Sequence record: DRR378314_1428
Length of the DNA stretch: 37,151 nt
Strand: one strand, 5' to 3'
Position 1 is the stretch's first letter. Each line of letters opens with the position of its first letter. The notes beneath the pieces were generated by a model that worked only from the letters and a program-made list of their open reading frames with translations, was not told the DNA's origin and did no database searches. This document shows, one piece after another, positions 17,698 to 27,421 of this stretch. The position numbers and the translations under genes were made by a program.

Positions 17698-18849
17698 ATG
17701 GCAAAAAAACAGCGGTCAGTTCTATTCTTAGGATTCCTTTTGATGGTGTTAATGGGGTGCAAGCAAGCAAAAAAAACACAACCCGTTCAAAACCAAGAAT
17801 CAACATCCTCCATAACCTATGCAACAGGCTTTACCGTAAAAAAACAAGCCGATTTCACCGTGATAGAAGTCACCGCGGCTTGGCCAGGAGCTAATAATTT
17901 TACGTACGCCTTAGTTCCGAAGGAAAAATTGCCCGCAATGACTTTTCCGCGTGATGCCTACGATGCCATTATCGGCACTCCCGTAGAAAAGATGGTACTC
18001 ACCTCTACCACCCATATTGAACCCTTAAACCAACTTGGCGAACTCAATACCATTATTGGATTTCCCAACACAGACTACATTTCGTCACCAGAAGCAAGAA
18101 AATTGGTGGACAGCGGACAAATCCAAGATTTGGGAATGAATGATGTGCTCAACACGGAAATGGTCCTCGAACTAAACCCAGAACTCATCATCGGATTCAG
18201 TATTAACGAAGAAAACAAGGCCTACGATATTCTAAAAAAGGCGGGGATACCAGTGGTTTACAATGGGGATTGGGTGGAACACACCCCTTTGGGAAAAGCG
18301 GAATGGATTAAATTCTTTGCTCCTTTCTTTCAAAAAGAAGCATTGGGCGACAGCATTTTTGAGGAGGTTGAATCCTCCTATCAACAAGCCGCAGCATTGG
18401 CACAAAAAGCAAAAACCAAACCAACAGTCTTAACCGGGGGATTATACAAAGATGTATGGTATGTAGCAGGAGGAAACAGTTGGATGGCGCAGTTTATGAA
18501 AGACGCCAACGCCGATTATCTATGGTCCGACACCGAGGCAACCGGAAGCATCGGGCTTAGCTTGGAGTCCGTTCTGGAAAAAGCACAAGATGCCGAGTAT
18601 TGGTTTAACCCTTCCGCGCAAACCACATATATGGAATTGAATGAAGCCAACACCCATCATCAACAATTTGGGGCTTTTAAAAACAGAAGAGTGTACTCCA
18701 ACGCCATTGAAAAGGGTGAAACGGGAGGGCTTATTTTCTACGAATTGGCACCACACCGACCCGATATGGTTTTAAGGGATTTCATCAAAATATTGCATCC
18801 AGAGTTGTTACCAGAACATCAATTGCAATTCATCAAACCATTACAATAA
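17698..18849 (+). CDS. ABC transporter substrate-binding lipoprotein (BtuF/Fe-siderophore type)
   Basis: Lipobox LMGC; EMVLELNPELII, WVEHTPLGKAEWIKFF and RPDMVLRDFIKILHPELL. Confidence 0.88.
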   Translation: MAKKQRSVLFLGFLLMVLMGCKQAKKTQPVQNQESTSSITYATGFTVKKQADFTVIEVTAAWPGANNFTYALVPKEKLPAMTFPRDAYDAIIGTPVEKMVLTSTTHIEPLNQLGELNTIIGFPNTDYISSPEARKLVDSGQIQDLGMNDVLNTEMVLELNPELIIGFSINEENKAYDILKKAGIPVVYNGDWVEHTPLGKAEWIKFFAPFFQKEALGDSIFEEVESSYQQAAALAQKAKTKPTVLTGGLYKDVWYVAGGNSWMAQFMKDANADYLWSDTEATGSIGLSLESVLEKAQDAEYWFNPSAQTTYMELNEANTHHQQFGAFKNRRVYSNAIEKGETGGLIFYELAPHRPDMVLRDFIKILHPELLPEHQLQFIKPLQ

Positions 18850-19881
18850 ATGCAGGGAGCAAAAACATATCGCATTTCCTTTGTGTTTTTGACACTGGCG
18901 CTGCTCTGTTCTTGGCTCTTGAACGTTAGCTCCGGCTCGGTTTCCATTCCCTTTGCCGATGTATTGTCCACTTTGTTTGGAGAAACCCCTGAAACTGCAT
19001 CTTGGGAATACATCATCTGGGATTATCGATTTCCAAAAGCCTTTACCTCTATTTTGGTGGGGGCAGGACTTTCCTTGAGCGGACTTTTAATGCAAACTTT
19101 GTTTCGAAACCCATTGGCAGGACCTTTTGTATTAGGAATCAGTTCCGGTGCTAGTTTGGGCGCTGCCTTACTTTTGATGGGCGCTTCATTGTTGGCAGGC
19201 TATACCTCTTTCTCTTTTTTGGGTGATGTTTCCTTGGCCATTGCAGCCAGTATCGGTAGTTTTTTGGTGCTCTTGATCGTTATGCTTGTCGCCCAGCGCG
19301 TAAAGGACACCATGGCTTTATTGATTATCGGTTTGATGTTCGGTAGCATCACCTCGGCCATTGTAAGCGTGCTGGCTTATTTTTCAAGTGCTGAAAACCT
19401 ACAACGCTTCATTTTTTGGTCGTTTGGAAGTGTGGGCAATTTATCCACAAACCAACTGCTTTTATTGGGTGGCATTGTGGCTTTGGGTGTTTTGTTGAGC
19501 ATCATTTCCATTAAGTCTTTGAACGCCTTTCTTTTGGGAGAAAACTACGCGCAAAGTTTGGGAGTTTCCTTGAAAAAATCACGATTGACCATCATCATCG
19601 CCACAGGATTATTGGCAGGAGGCATTACCGCATTCGCTGGACCCATAGCTTTTGTTGGCTTGGCCGTTCCGCACCTTACCCGTCAAATTTTTGATACCAT
19701 GGAACACAAAGTGTTGATTCCAGCCGTCATGCTTTATGGTGCCATCTTAATGCTCTTATGCGATACTTTGGCCCAATTGCCCAATTCCGCCAGCGTGTTA
19801 CCGATAAATGCCATAACCTCACTGGTAGGAGCTCCTGTCGTGATATGGCTCTTGGTTCGTAAACGTAAAATGATGTTCTGA
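18850..19881 (+). CDS. FecCD/BtuC family ABC permease
   Basis: QTLFRNPLAGPFVLGISSGA, LLGENYAQSLG and GPIAFVGLAVPH. Confidence 0.92.
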   Translation: MQGAKTYRISFVFLTLALLCSWLLNVSSGSVSIPFADVLSTLFGETPETASWEYIIWDYRFPKAFTSILVGAGLSLSGLLMQTLFRNPLAGPFVLGISSGASLGAALLLMGASLLAGYTSFSFLGDVSLAIAASIGSFLVLLIVMLVAQRVKDTMALLIIGLMFGSITSAIVSVLAYFSSAENLQRFIFWSFGSVGNLSTNQLLLLGGIVALGVLLSIISIKSLNAFLLGENYAQSLGVSLKKSRLTIIIATGLLAGGITAFAGPIAFVGLAVPHLTRQIFDTMEHKVLIPAVMLYGAILMLLCDTLAQLPNSASVLPINAITSLVGAPVVIWLLVRKRKMMF

Positions 19882-20660
19882 TGGCAAAAGTTGGTAAAAA
19901 CATATTGTCCATTAAAGATTTGGCCATTGGTTACGATTCAAAAATCGTAGCAGAGCATATCAATTTTGAGTTGGAAAATGGAATGTTATGCGGAGTTGTG
20001 GGCATCAATGGTATTGGAAAATCCACACTACTTCGGACTTTGGGCGGATTTCAACCGAAACTTTCCGGTGATATACTTTTGAATGAAAAACCGCTGGAAA
20101 AATATACCTCGTCCAATCTATCCAAAGAGCTTAGCGTGGTGTTAACGGAGCAACCTGCTTCCAAAAACCTGACCGTACAAGAATTGATTGCATTGGGCAG
20201 ACAACCCTACACCAATTGGTTGGGTACTTTGACGAAAGAGGACAAGCAACAGATTGAAGCGAGTTTGGATGCCTTTTTATTGAAAGACCTACGACACCGC
20301 AAATGTCACGAACTTAGTGATGGACAGTTACAGCGGGTGCTGGTGTCGCGTGCTATGGCTCAGGATACCTCTTTGATTCTCTTGGATGAACCCACCACGC
20401 ATTTAGATCTGTATCACAAAGTACAGATTTTAAAAATGCTTCAAGAATTGGCCCATGACAAACAGAAGACCATCCTGTTTACGACACACGAAATCGAATT
20501 GGCCATTCAGTTATGCGACCGCATATTGATTTTGGATGGAAAAGACAATCCTTTCGGAGACCCTTGCCAACTTATTGAACAAAAACATTTTGACCGTTTG
20601 TTTCCGTCGGAAATGGTACAGTTTGATGCTAAAACGGGTTCGTTTAAGGTTTCAAAATAG
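19881..20660 (+). CDS. ABC transporter ATP-binding protein (BtuD/FecE type)
   Basis: Walker A GINGIGKST, LSDGQLQRV and LLDEPTTHLD. Coupled to the permease by TGATG. Confidence 0.92.
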   Translation: MAKVGKNILSIKDLAIGYDSKIVAEHINFELENGMLCGVVGINGIGKSTLLRTLGGFQPKLSGDILLNEKPLEKYTSSNLSKELSVVLTEQPASKNLTVQELIALGRQPYTNWLGTLTKEDKQQIEASLDAFLLKDLRHRKCHELSDGQLQRVLVSRAMAQDTSLILLDEPTTHLDLYHKVQILKMLQELAHDKQKTILFTTHEIELAIQLCDRILILDGKDNPFGDPCQLIEQKHFDRLFPSEMVQFDAKTGSFKVSK

Positions 20661-20704
20661 GGAAGCCGATAGTTATGTATAGAAAGTTTATTTTACCAAT
20701 AACT

Positions 20705-20807
20705 GGCAATTCGAGTGAAATTCCAAGGGAATTTTGTATCGAGAATTAGTTTTTGGATTTGAAATTTTAGTTCTCGATACGTTTTTGCCAAAAACACTCG
20801 AACTGAC
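20705..20807 (-). repeat. ~105-bp palindromic repeat element, copy 1 (inverted relative to copies 2 and 3)
   Basis: The reverse complement reads GTCAGTTCGAGTG...GTATCGAGAACT...ATTCTCGATACAAAATTCCCTTGGAATTTCACTCGAATTG. Confidence 0.85.
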
Positions 20808-20854
20808 GAATTTCATCCATAAAGCATAAAGGATAGATTACTGTAATTCCGCGT

Positions 20855-20878
20855 GATACTTCGACTGCGCTCAGCATC
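20855..20878. repeat. Single REP-like unit GATACTTCGACTGCGCTCAGCATC
   Basis: Imperfect palindrome with a CTTCGACTGCGCTCAG core. A degenerate relative lies at 23953-23975. Confidence 0.5.
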
Positions 20879-20940
20879 CACCTGCTCTCCAAATTTCAAC
20901 ATTCATTTTGTGGATTTCTGCTTTCGAAGAAATGACATTT

Positions 20941-20948
20941 TATCTTTG
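20941..20948 (+). promoter_or_regulatory. -7 promoter element for rmuC
   Basis: TATCTTTG, 34 nt upstream of the ATG at 20983. Confidence 0.55.
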
Positions 20949-20982
20949 TAATCCGTTATCTTTATCCTTCAGAAACTTTTTA

Positions 20983-22296
20983 ATGAGCACAGAACTTACC
21001 TTTATCATTATTGGCATTATCACATTGGTCATTGGCCTGTTTGCAGGGATGTACATTCAAAAACTGAAAATCAAGTCCACTGAGAGTGTTTGGCAGGAGC
21101 GAGAAATCAAATCAAAAGAAGTGGAGTCTTCTTTAAAAGAAGAATTGAAGGAAGTTCAGGCAAAGAAATCAGCACTTGAAATCAGTTTGGCCCGAGAGGA
21201 GTCCAAATCACAGAATTTAGAAGAAAAGCTAACCGAACAAAAGCAAGAACTGGAAAAGCTTCAAGAGAAGTTTACCAAAGAATTTGAAAACTTGGCCAAT
21301 AAGATTCTGGATGAAAAAAGTGAAAAATTCACCAAAAGCAACAAAGAGAACATTGAAAATATTCTGACGCCACTAAACAAAAAAATAAAAGAGTTCGAGG
21401 AAAAGGTAGAAAAGTCCCAAAAGGAAAATATAAGCATTCACTCTTCCCTTAAAGAGCAATTGCTCACTTTACAGACCCAAAATCTCAAGATTACCCAAGA
21501 GGCAGAAAACCTGACCAAAGCCCTGAAAGGCGATAGCAAAATGCAAGGGAACTGGGGGGAGTTGGTGTTGGAGCGTGTGCTGGAAAAATCTGGATTGGAA
21601 AAAGATAGGGAATATAGCTTACAGCAAAGCTTTAAACGGGAAGATGGTACGAGAGTGTTGCCCGATGTGATTATTCATCTACCCGACGGCAAAAAAATGG
21701 TGGTGGATTCCAAGGTTTCACTAACGGATTACGAGCGCTACACCAATGCCGAAGAAGAAGACAGACCCAAATTCTTGAAGGATCACATCAACTCCTTGCG
21801 CAGACACGTGGAACAGCTTTCGGCCAAAAAATACGAGGACCTCTACGAAATGGAGAGCCCTGATTTTGTTTTAATGTTCGTACCGATTGAACCCGCTTTT
21901 GCCGTCGCCATAAATGAAGATGTATCATTGTACAACAAGGCTTTTGAGCAAAATATTGTTATTGTCACACCATCTACCCTGTTGGCCACCCTCCGCACCA
22001 TTGATTCGATGTGGAGCAACGAAAAGCAACAGCGGAATGCTATGGAAATTGCGCGACAGGCAGGTGCCCTTTACGATAAATTTGTAGGGTTTATGCAAGA
22101 TTTGACGCAGGTTGGCAAAAAAATGGACGATGCCAAAGGGGAGTACAAAAATGCCATGAACAAGTTGTTCGATGGTAAGGGCAACATTATAGGTCGTATT
22201 GAAAAACTGAGAACCATGGGGGCCAAAGCGAAAAAATCGTTGCCCGATCCCATTTTAAAACGCGCAAACGGAGACGATTTAGAAACACTAAACTAG
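20983..22296 (+). CDS. rmuC: DNA recombination protein RmuC
   Basis: N-terminal TM and coiled coil, QGNWGELVLERVLE, PDVIIHLPD...VDSKVSL and SPDFVLMFVPIE. The start is moved to ATG 20983. Confidence 0.93.
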   Translation: MSTELTFIIIGIITLVIGLFAGMYIQKLKIKSTESVWQEREIKSKEVESSLKEELKEVQAKKSALEISLAREESKSQNLEEKLTEQKQELEKLQEKFTKEFENLANKILDEKSEKFTKSNKENIENILTPLNKKIKEFEEKVEKSQKENISIHSSLKEQLLTLQTQNLKITQEAENLTKALKGDSKMQGNWGELVLERVLEKSGLEKDREYSLQQSFKREDGTRVLPDVIIHLPDGKKMVVDSKVSLTDYERYTNAEEEDRPKFLKDHINSLRRHVEQLSAKKYEDLYEMESPDFVLMFVPIEPAFAVAINEDVSLYNKAFEQNIVIVTPSTLLATLRTIDSMWSNEKQQRNAMEIARQAGALYDKFVGFMQDLTQVGKKMDDAKGEYKNAMNKLFDGKGNIIGRIEKLRTMGAKAKKSLPDPILKRANGDDLETLN

Positions 22297-22306
22297 AACA
22301 CTGACC

Positions 22307-22672
22307 ATGAAAAAAATCCTGACCATTTTTATTGCTGCCATCATAGTTGGCGTTGTGGGCTATTTTGCTTTCATCTATTACGTTCCCTATAGTGAAGGGT
22401 ATCGTTCCGGGGAACTCATCAAATTCAGTAGAAAGGGTGTATTGGTTAAAACTTGGGAAGGGCAGATCAGCCAAGGATTATCCGGGACCAATGTGTTCTC
22501 GTTCTCCGTGGAAGATGGTGAAAAGGAAATCATTGAGAAAATGAAGGAATATCAGGGTCAGTACATTAAAGTAACATACAAGGAACGATACGCCACCTTT
22601 TTCTGGCTGGGCGACACCAAATATTTTATCACAGAAGTAAATTCCGAAAAATCACCGATTTTTAGAAATTAG
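22307..22672 (+). CDS. Conserved hypothetical single-pass membrane protein
   Basis: N-terminal TM, YSEGYRSGELIKFSRKG..KTWEG and WLGDTKYFI. Confidence 0.75.
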   Translation: MKKILTIFIAAIIVGVVGYFAFIYYVPYSEGYRSGELIKFSRKGVLVKTWEGQISQGLSGTNVFSFSVEDGEKEIIEKMKEYQGQYIKVTYKERYATFFWLGDTKYFITEVNSEKSPIFRN

Positions 22673-22673
22673 T

Positions 22674-23219
22674 ATGAAGAAATTCAAATCATCTCGAACG
22701 AGCAGGGTTTCCATTACCGAACTTATGCTTCCCTCCCATTCCAATTTTGGGGGCAAAGTTCACGGGGGGCACATTCTCAACCTTATGGACCAAATTGCCT
22801 TTGCCTGTGCCTCCAAACATTCACAAAGTTATTGTGTAACGGCTTCGGTAAATCGAGTGGATTTCCTTAATCCAATTGAAGTGGGAGAATTGGCCACACT
22901 TAAGGCTTCCATTAATTATACTGGAAAAACCTCCATGGTAGTCGGTGTACGTGTGGAATCCGAAAATATAACTACAGGAGAAGTAAAACACTGTAACTCC
23001 TCCTACTTTACAATGGTGGCAAAGGGCGAAGACGGTAAAAATAAACCTGTGCCCGGCCTTATTTTAAAGACCAAGCAAGATATCCGTCGTTTTGCTCGCA
23101 GTAAAGAACGTAAACAATCTGCTTTTAAGCGAGACAGCAAATACGAATCCAACAACTTTAAAGTGAATGAATACTTGGAGTTTTTACAAGGTGAAAACGT
23201 TAAGATGGACTTTGATTGA
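22674..23219 (+). CDS. Acyl-CoA thioesterase (hotdog fold, YciA-like)
   Basis: LPSHSNFGGKVHGGHILNLMD, VTASVNRVDFLNP and YFTMVA. Confidence 0.9.
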   Translation: MKKFKSSRTSRVSITELMLPSHSNFGGKVHGGHILNLMDQIAFACASKHSQSYCVTASVNRVDFLNPIEVGELATLKASINYTGKTSMVVGVRVESENITTGEVKHCNSSYFTMVAKGEDGKNKPVPGLILKTKQDIRRFARSKERKQSAFKRDSKYESNNFKVNEYLEFLQGENVKMDFD

Positions 23220-23925
23220 GCCTTGTAGCCGCTTCCTCATCCAAAAACCAAACCAAATTACCCGATAATGGATTCACCAGAGATGCTGGATAGACTTCAG
23301 AACCTTCCGTTTTTTCGACAACGGCCTCCACTTTTTCTGCTTTTGATGCTCCCGTGACCAAAAAGGCTACTTCTTTGGCCGTGTTGATGACTTTTCCGTT
23401 GATGGAAACCCGTTTCTGGCCCGAATCGGGATGGGTTGCCACTACGCAATGGTCTTCGGAATTCCACAACTCAATTTCGTGAGGAAAAATGGAAGCGGTG
23501 TGTCCATCATCGCCCATTCCTAAAATTACCAAATCGAACTGGGGTATGTCTTCCACTCTGTCCAAATCAATTTCCAACAGATTGGCATAGCGCAAAGCTT
23601 CGCCACTGGGGTCCCTTTCACCCAATATTCGATTGATGTTTTCTTTGGGCGCTTCAATTTTGGAAAAGAGATGCTCCACCGTCATTTTATAATTGCTCTC
23701 ATCATCCGTTGGGGCTACGCAACGTTCATCTCCCCAATAAAAATGTACCTTGCTCCAATCCACTTTGTCGGCAAAATTTTCGGCAAGCACATCAAAAACT
23801 ATTTTTGGGGTACTCCCTCCCGACAACGCGACGTGAAAAGTATCTTTATCTTTCAACTGATCTACAAAATAGCCTGAGAATTGCTTAGCTACCTCTTGCT
23901 TATCTTTATATATTTTTAAATCCAT
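23200..23925 (-). CDS. pgl: 6-phosphogluconolactonase (DevB type)
   Basis: ALSGGSTP, WGDERCV and LGMGDDGHTASIFP. Confidence 0.95.
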   Translation of the reverse strand: MDLKIYKDKQEVAKQFSGYFVDQLKDKDTFHVALSGGSTPKIVFDVLAENFADKVDWSKVHFYWGDERCVAPTDDESNYKMTVEHLFSKIEAPKENINRILGERDPSGEALRYANLLEIDLDRVEDIPQFDLVILGMGDDGHTASIFPHEIELWNSEDHCVVATHPDSGQKRVSINGKVINTAKEVAFLVTGASKAEKVEAVVEKTEGSEVYPASLVNPLSGNLVWFLDEEAATRLNQSPS

Positions 23926-23988
23926 ATAATTAATTTTTTCTTCTCAACTGCTCTTTAGACTGTACTCAAGATGACACTCGAAAGAAGA

Positions 23989-24019
23989 ATTGTTCATTGT
24001 CAATTGTTTATTGATAATT
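23989..24019. repeat. Degenerate heptamer tandem repeat (ATTGTTC ATTGTCA ATTGTTT ATTGATA ATT)
   Basis: Four consecutive ATTGnnn units between zwf and pgl. Confidence 0.55.
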
Positions 24020-24023
24020 AAAA

Positions 24024-25556
24024 CTAGCAAATCACACAGTACCCTGGGTCATCTGCTAAATTCTCACTGGGATTCCGCCAATAGCCATCATCTTCAATCA
24101 AATTATCCGCATTTTCAGGACCCCAAGCCCCAGCAGCATAACCATAGACACGAACATCTTTACCAGTATTCCAATAATTCAAAATAGGGTCCACAAACTC
24201 CCAAGCCGCTTCTACCTCATCGGCGCGAGCATAAAGAGTGGCATCACCCTGCATAGCATCTAGCAACAGGCGTTCGTAAGCCTCCATCACGTAAGTTTCG
24301 GCCAAACTGGAATAGTAAAAGTCCAAATTGGCACGCTCAACTTTAAAGCCTTGTCCGGGAACTTTAACCCCGAACTTGATCAAGATTCCTTCATCTGGCT
24401 GGATACGGATTATCAATTTATTGTCCATCTCCTGCATTTCGGAACCTTTAAAAATTTGATGATGCGGCTTTTTAAAGTGAATCACGATTTCGGTCACCTT
24501 GGTAGGCATTCTTTTAGCCGTGCGCACATAAAACGGAACACCGTGCCAACGCCAGTTATCCACATAAAATTTAATGGCTGCATAGGTCTCCGTGGTTGAA
24601 TTTGGGTCCACTCCATCTTCCTCACGGTATCCTTTCACCTTTTTTCCTCCAACTTTGGAAGCCACATACTGTGCTCTGATTGTATTTTCAAAAAGTTCCT
24701 TTTCATCCGTCATAATACGTAAAGACTTTAGAGCCTTCACTTTTTCATTTCGTATTTCTTCTGCATCTGCTCCAATAGGAGGCTCCATGACAACCAAAGA
24801 AACAATCTGCAACAAGTGATTCTGGAACATGTCGCGCAAGGCTCCGGATTTATCATAATATCCCCCACGCTTTTCTACACCAACACTTTCTGCATTGGTG
24901 ATTTCAACATGCTGAATGTAATTACGGTTCCAAAGTGGCTCAAAAATACTATTGGAGAAGCGGGTCACCAAGAGGTTTTGGACAGTCTCTTTACCCAAAT
25001 AATGGTCTATTCGGTAAATCTGATGTTCCTTAAAATATTTATGAAGTCCCTTGTTGAGTTCTTGTGCGGTTTCCAGACTATACCCGAAAGGCTTTTCCAC
25101 AATCAAGCGCTTCCAGCCATTATTTTGGGTGTTCATACCCGCCTTGGATAAGTTCTGGGATACGGTTTCGTAAAGCGTAGGCGGTGTAGATAAATAATAA
25201 ATGATGTTCCCCGAAGTGTTGTGTTTTTCTTTAAGGGCTTCCACCCGTTTTCTCAAAGAACCATAATCCGTATCATAACTATCGCCTAAATCTTCATAAT
25301 AAAGCTTATCTGCAAAACCTTTTATCTTGCTTTTGTCCAAATCTTTGGTCTTCTTCTTCAAATATTCACTCTCATACACCACACGGTCCCGAAATGCTTT
25401 GTCCGAGAGGTCACTTCGGCTAACGCCCAACACCACAAAGTTTTCTGGTAATTGTTTCGCTAAATATAAATTGAACAGGGAAGGTATCAGCTTTCTTGCA
25501 GTCAAATCACCCGATGCTCCAAATATCACGAGCATCTGATTATCTGTTTTTTTCAT
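24024..25556 (-). CDS. zwf: Glucose-6-phosphate 1-dehydrogenase
   Basis: GASGDL, EKPFG, RIDHYLGKE and RDMFQNHLLQ. Confidence 0.97.
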   Translation of the reverse strand: MKKTDNQMLVIFGASGDLTARKLIPSLFNLYLAKQLPENFVVLGVSRSDLSDKAFRDRVVYESEYLKKKTKDLDKSKIKGFADKLYYEDLGDSYDTDYGSLRKRVEALKEKHNTSGNIIYYLSTPPTLYETVSQNLSKAGMNTQNNGWKRLIVEKPFGYSLETAQELNKGLHKYFKEHQIYRIDHYLGKETVQNLLVTRFSNSIFEPLWNRNYIQHVEITNAESVGVEKRGGYYDKSGALRDMFQNHLLQIVSLVVMEPPIGADAEEIRNEKVKALKSLRIMTDEKELFENTIRAQYVASKVGGKKVKGYREEDGVDPNSTTETYAAIKFYVDNWRWHGVPFYVRTAKRMPTKVTEIVIHFKKPHHQIFKGSEMQEMDNKLIIRIQPDEGILIKFGVKVPGQGFKVERANLDFYYSSLAETYVMEAYERLLLDAMQGDATLYARADEVEAAWEFVDPILNYWNTGKDVRVYGYAAGAWGPENADNLIEDDGYWRNPSENLADDPGYCVIC

Positions 25557-25716
25557 AGTATTTTTGTTTTCTGGCGAGTTTTGCCCTTATTGACAATTCA
25601 TTTTAATAAGCTGTCAATATTTTTGAGCATAACGAAGATAAGGTTTATTTTAGGTTCATAATTCAACAAATAGCAACCTTAGAGTTGTATTAACATCAAA
25701 AAAGAGAAAGTATATA

Positions 25717-27126
25717 ATGGCGGACACGTATGATTTTGGCCTTGTGGGCCTTGGAGTAATGGGGCGTAATTTTATTCTAAATGTAGCTGATAACGGGTTT
25801 ACCGCATTTGGGAATGATCTTGATGAAGAAAAAGTGAACGCTTTGATCAACGAAGGGGGTAACCCATCCAAAGTGAATGCCTCCACAGAGGTCGATACAT
25901 TTGTGCAATCGTTGACTACTCCCAGAAAAATTATGTTACTGGTGCCCGCGGGAAAAATTGTGGACAGCGTCATCGAGGGCCTACTTCCTTATTTGGACAA
26001 AGGTGATATTATTATTGATGGAGGAAACTCCTTTTACACCGATACGGATCGTCGCGAAGCCTATTTAAAGGAAAAGGGCATCAACTTTTTTGGTGCCGGG
26101 GTTTCTGGAGGTGCCGAAGGTGCCCGAAAAGGACCGAGCATTATGCCGGGAGGTTCCAAAGAAGCCTACCAACACGTAAAACCTATTTTTGAAGCGGTTT
26201 CCGCTAAATACAAAGGTGAGCCCTGTGTGGCCTATTTGGGTCCAAAATCCGCAGGAAACTACGTGAAAATGGTCCACAACGGTATCGAATACGGTTTGAT
26301 GCAGTTGACCTCCGAGATTTATGACCTGCTCAAAAAAGCGGGAGGACTTACCAATGATGAGCTTCATAAAACCTATTCGGAATGGAATGAAGGACGTTTG
26401 CAATCCTTTTTGGTGGAAATCACGTCTGAAATCTTTGATCAAAAAGACGATTTGACCGATAATGACCTTGTGGATATGATCTTGGACAAGGCCAAACAAA
26501 AGGGAACGGGGAAATGGACGTCCCAAAACGCCATGGATTTGGGCATCCCTGTACCAACTATTGACATTGCCGTGAGTATGCGTGAAATTTCCGCTCTAAA
26601 AGCGGAACGTATCAAAGCAGACGAATTGTACGAGCGTCCTACCCCAAAAGCGGTGGACAAGGAAGATTTTACGGCAAAAGCCGAGCAAGCTTTGTATTTT
26701 GCCTTTATCATCACTTACGCACAGGGAATGCACCAATTGGCAGATGCCTCCAAAGAGTATGGCTACGAGCTTGAACTGGGTGAAATCGCTAAAATTTGGC
26801 GGGCAGGCTGTATTATCCGTGCCGCGATGTTGGCCGATATTACCAAAGCCTACCAAGCGGACAAAGAGTTGCAGAACTTACTGCTTTCCCCTTCTTTTGT
26901 GGAAAAAGTACAAAGTACGGTGGATGCAGCAAGAGAGTTGGTTAGCTACGGAGCTACCAACGGAATTCCATTACCCGGACTTTCCAACGCACTTACCTAT
27001 TTTGATGCCTACACCAGCAGTCGTTTGCCGTTGAACTTGATTCAGGCGCAACGCGATTACTTTGGTTCGCACACCTATGAGCGATTGGACCGTGAGGGTG
27101 TTTTTCATACGGAGTGGGAGAGGTAA
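25717..27126 (+). CDS. gnd: NADP-dependent 6-phosphogluconate dehydrogenase (decarboxylating)
   Basis: GLGVMG, IIDGGNS, VKMVHNGIEYG, QKGTGKWT and QAQRDYFGSHTY. Confidence 0.97.
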   Translation: MADTYDFGLVGLGVMGRNFILNVADNGFTAFGNDLDEEKVNALINEGGNPSKVNASTEVDTFVQSLTTPRKIMLLVPAGKIVDSVIEGLLPYLDKGDIIIDGGNSFYTDTDRREAYLKEKGINFFGAGVSGGAEGARKGPSIMPGGSKEAYQHVKPIFEAVSAKYKGEPCVAYLGPKSAGNYVKMVHNGIEYGLMQLTSEIYDLLKKAGGLTNDELHKTYSEWNEGRLQSFLVEITSEIFDQKDDLTDNDLVDMILDKAKQKGTGKWTSQNAMDLGIPVPTIDIAVSMREISALKAERIKADELYERPTPKAVDKEDFTAKAEQALYFAFIITYAQGMHQLADASKEYGYELELGEIAKIWRAGCIIRAAMLADITKAYQADKELQNLLLSPSFVEKVQSTVDAARELVSYGATNGIPLPGLSNALTYFDAYTSSRLPLNLIQAQRDYFGSHTYERLDREGVFHTEWER

Positions 27127-27186
27127 CGAATTACATAATTGTTAGTGCGGAAAATTATACTCAGACGCTATTTATAAAATAGCTTT

Positions 27187-27396
27187 ATGATAGATTTCAT
27201 TGACTTAATAATAGGAATTGTAATGATGGTTGGATCAGCAATTTGGTTGATAATGCTTATCAAAAGCAATCGAAAAGAGAAAACTTACGATTATTGGTTA
27301 TTGTCATATGATATCAATATAGTGTTTGGGCTGATTGTATTTATCGTACTTGGCGTGTTATATGTTTTAAGGGCATTTGGAATATCAATAAACTAA
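27187..27396 (+). CDS. Small two-TM membrane protein, hypothetical
   Basis: 69 aa with two hydrophobic helices separated by a basic loop. It fills the intergenic space and is AT-rich. Confidence 0.55.
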   Translation: MIDFIDLIIGIVMMVGSAIWLIMLIKSNRKEKTYDYWLLSYDINIVFGLIVFIVLGVLYVLRAFGISIN

Positions 27397-27421
27397 GCAC
27401 CATTTATTGTAGATAAAATTA

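Noticed and set aside
26065..26526. 153-aa antisense ORF, and similar ones at 9058-9498, 15609-16070 and 35063-35428
   Set aside because: These are shadow frames inside well-conserved genes (gnd, purB, btuB, carB) with no recognisable motifs.
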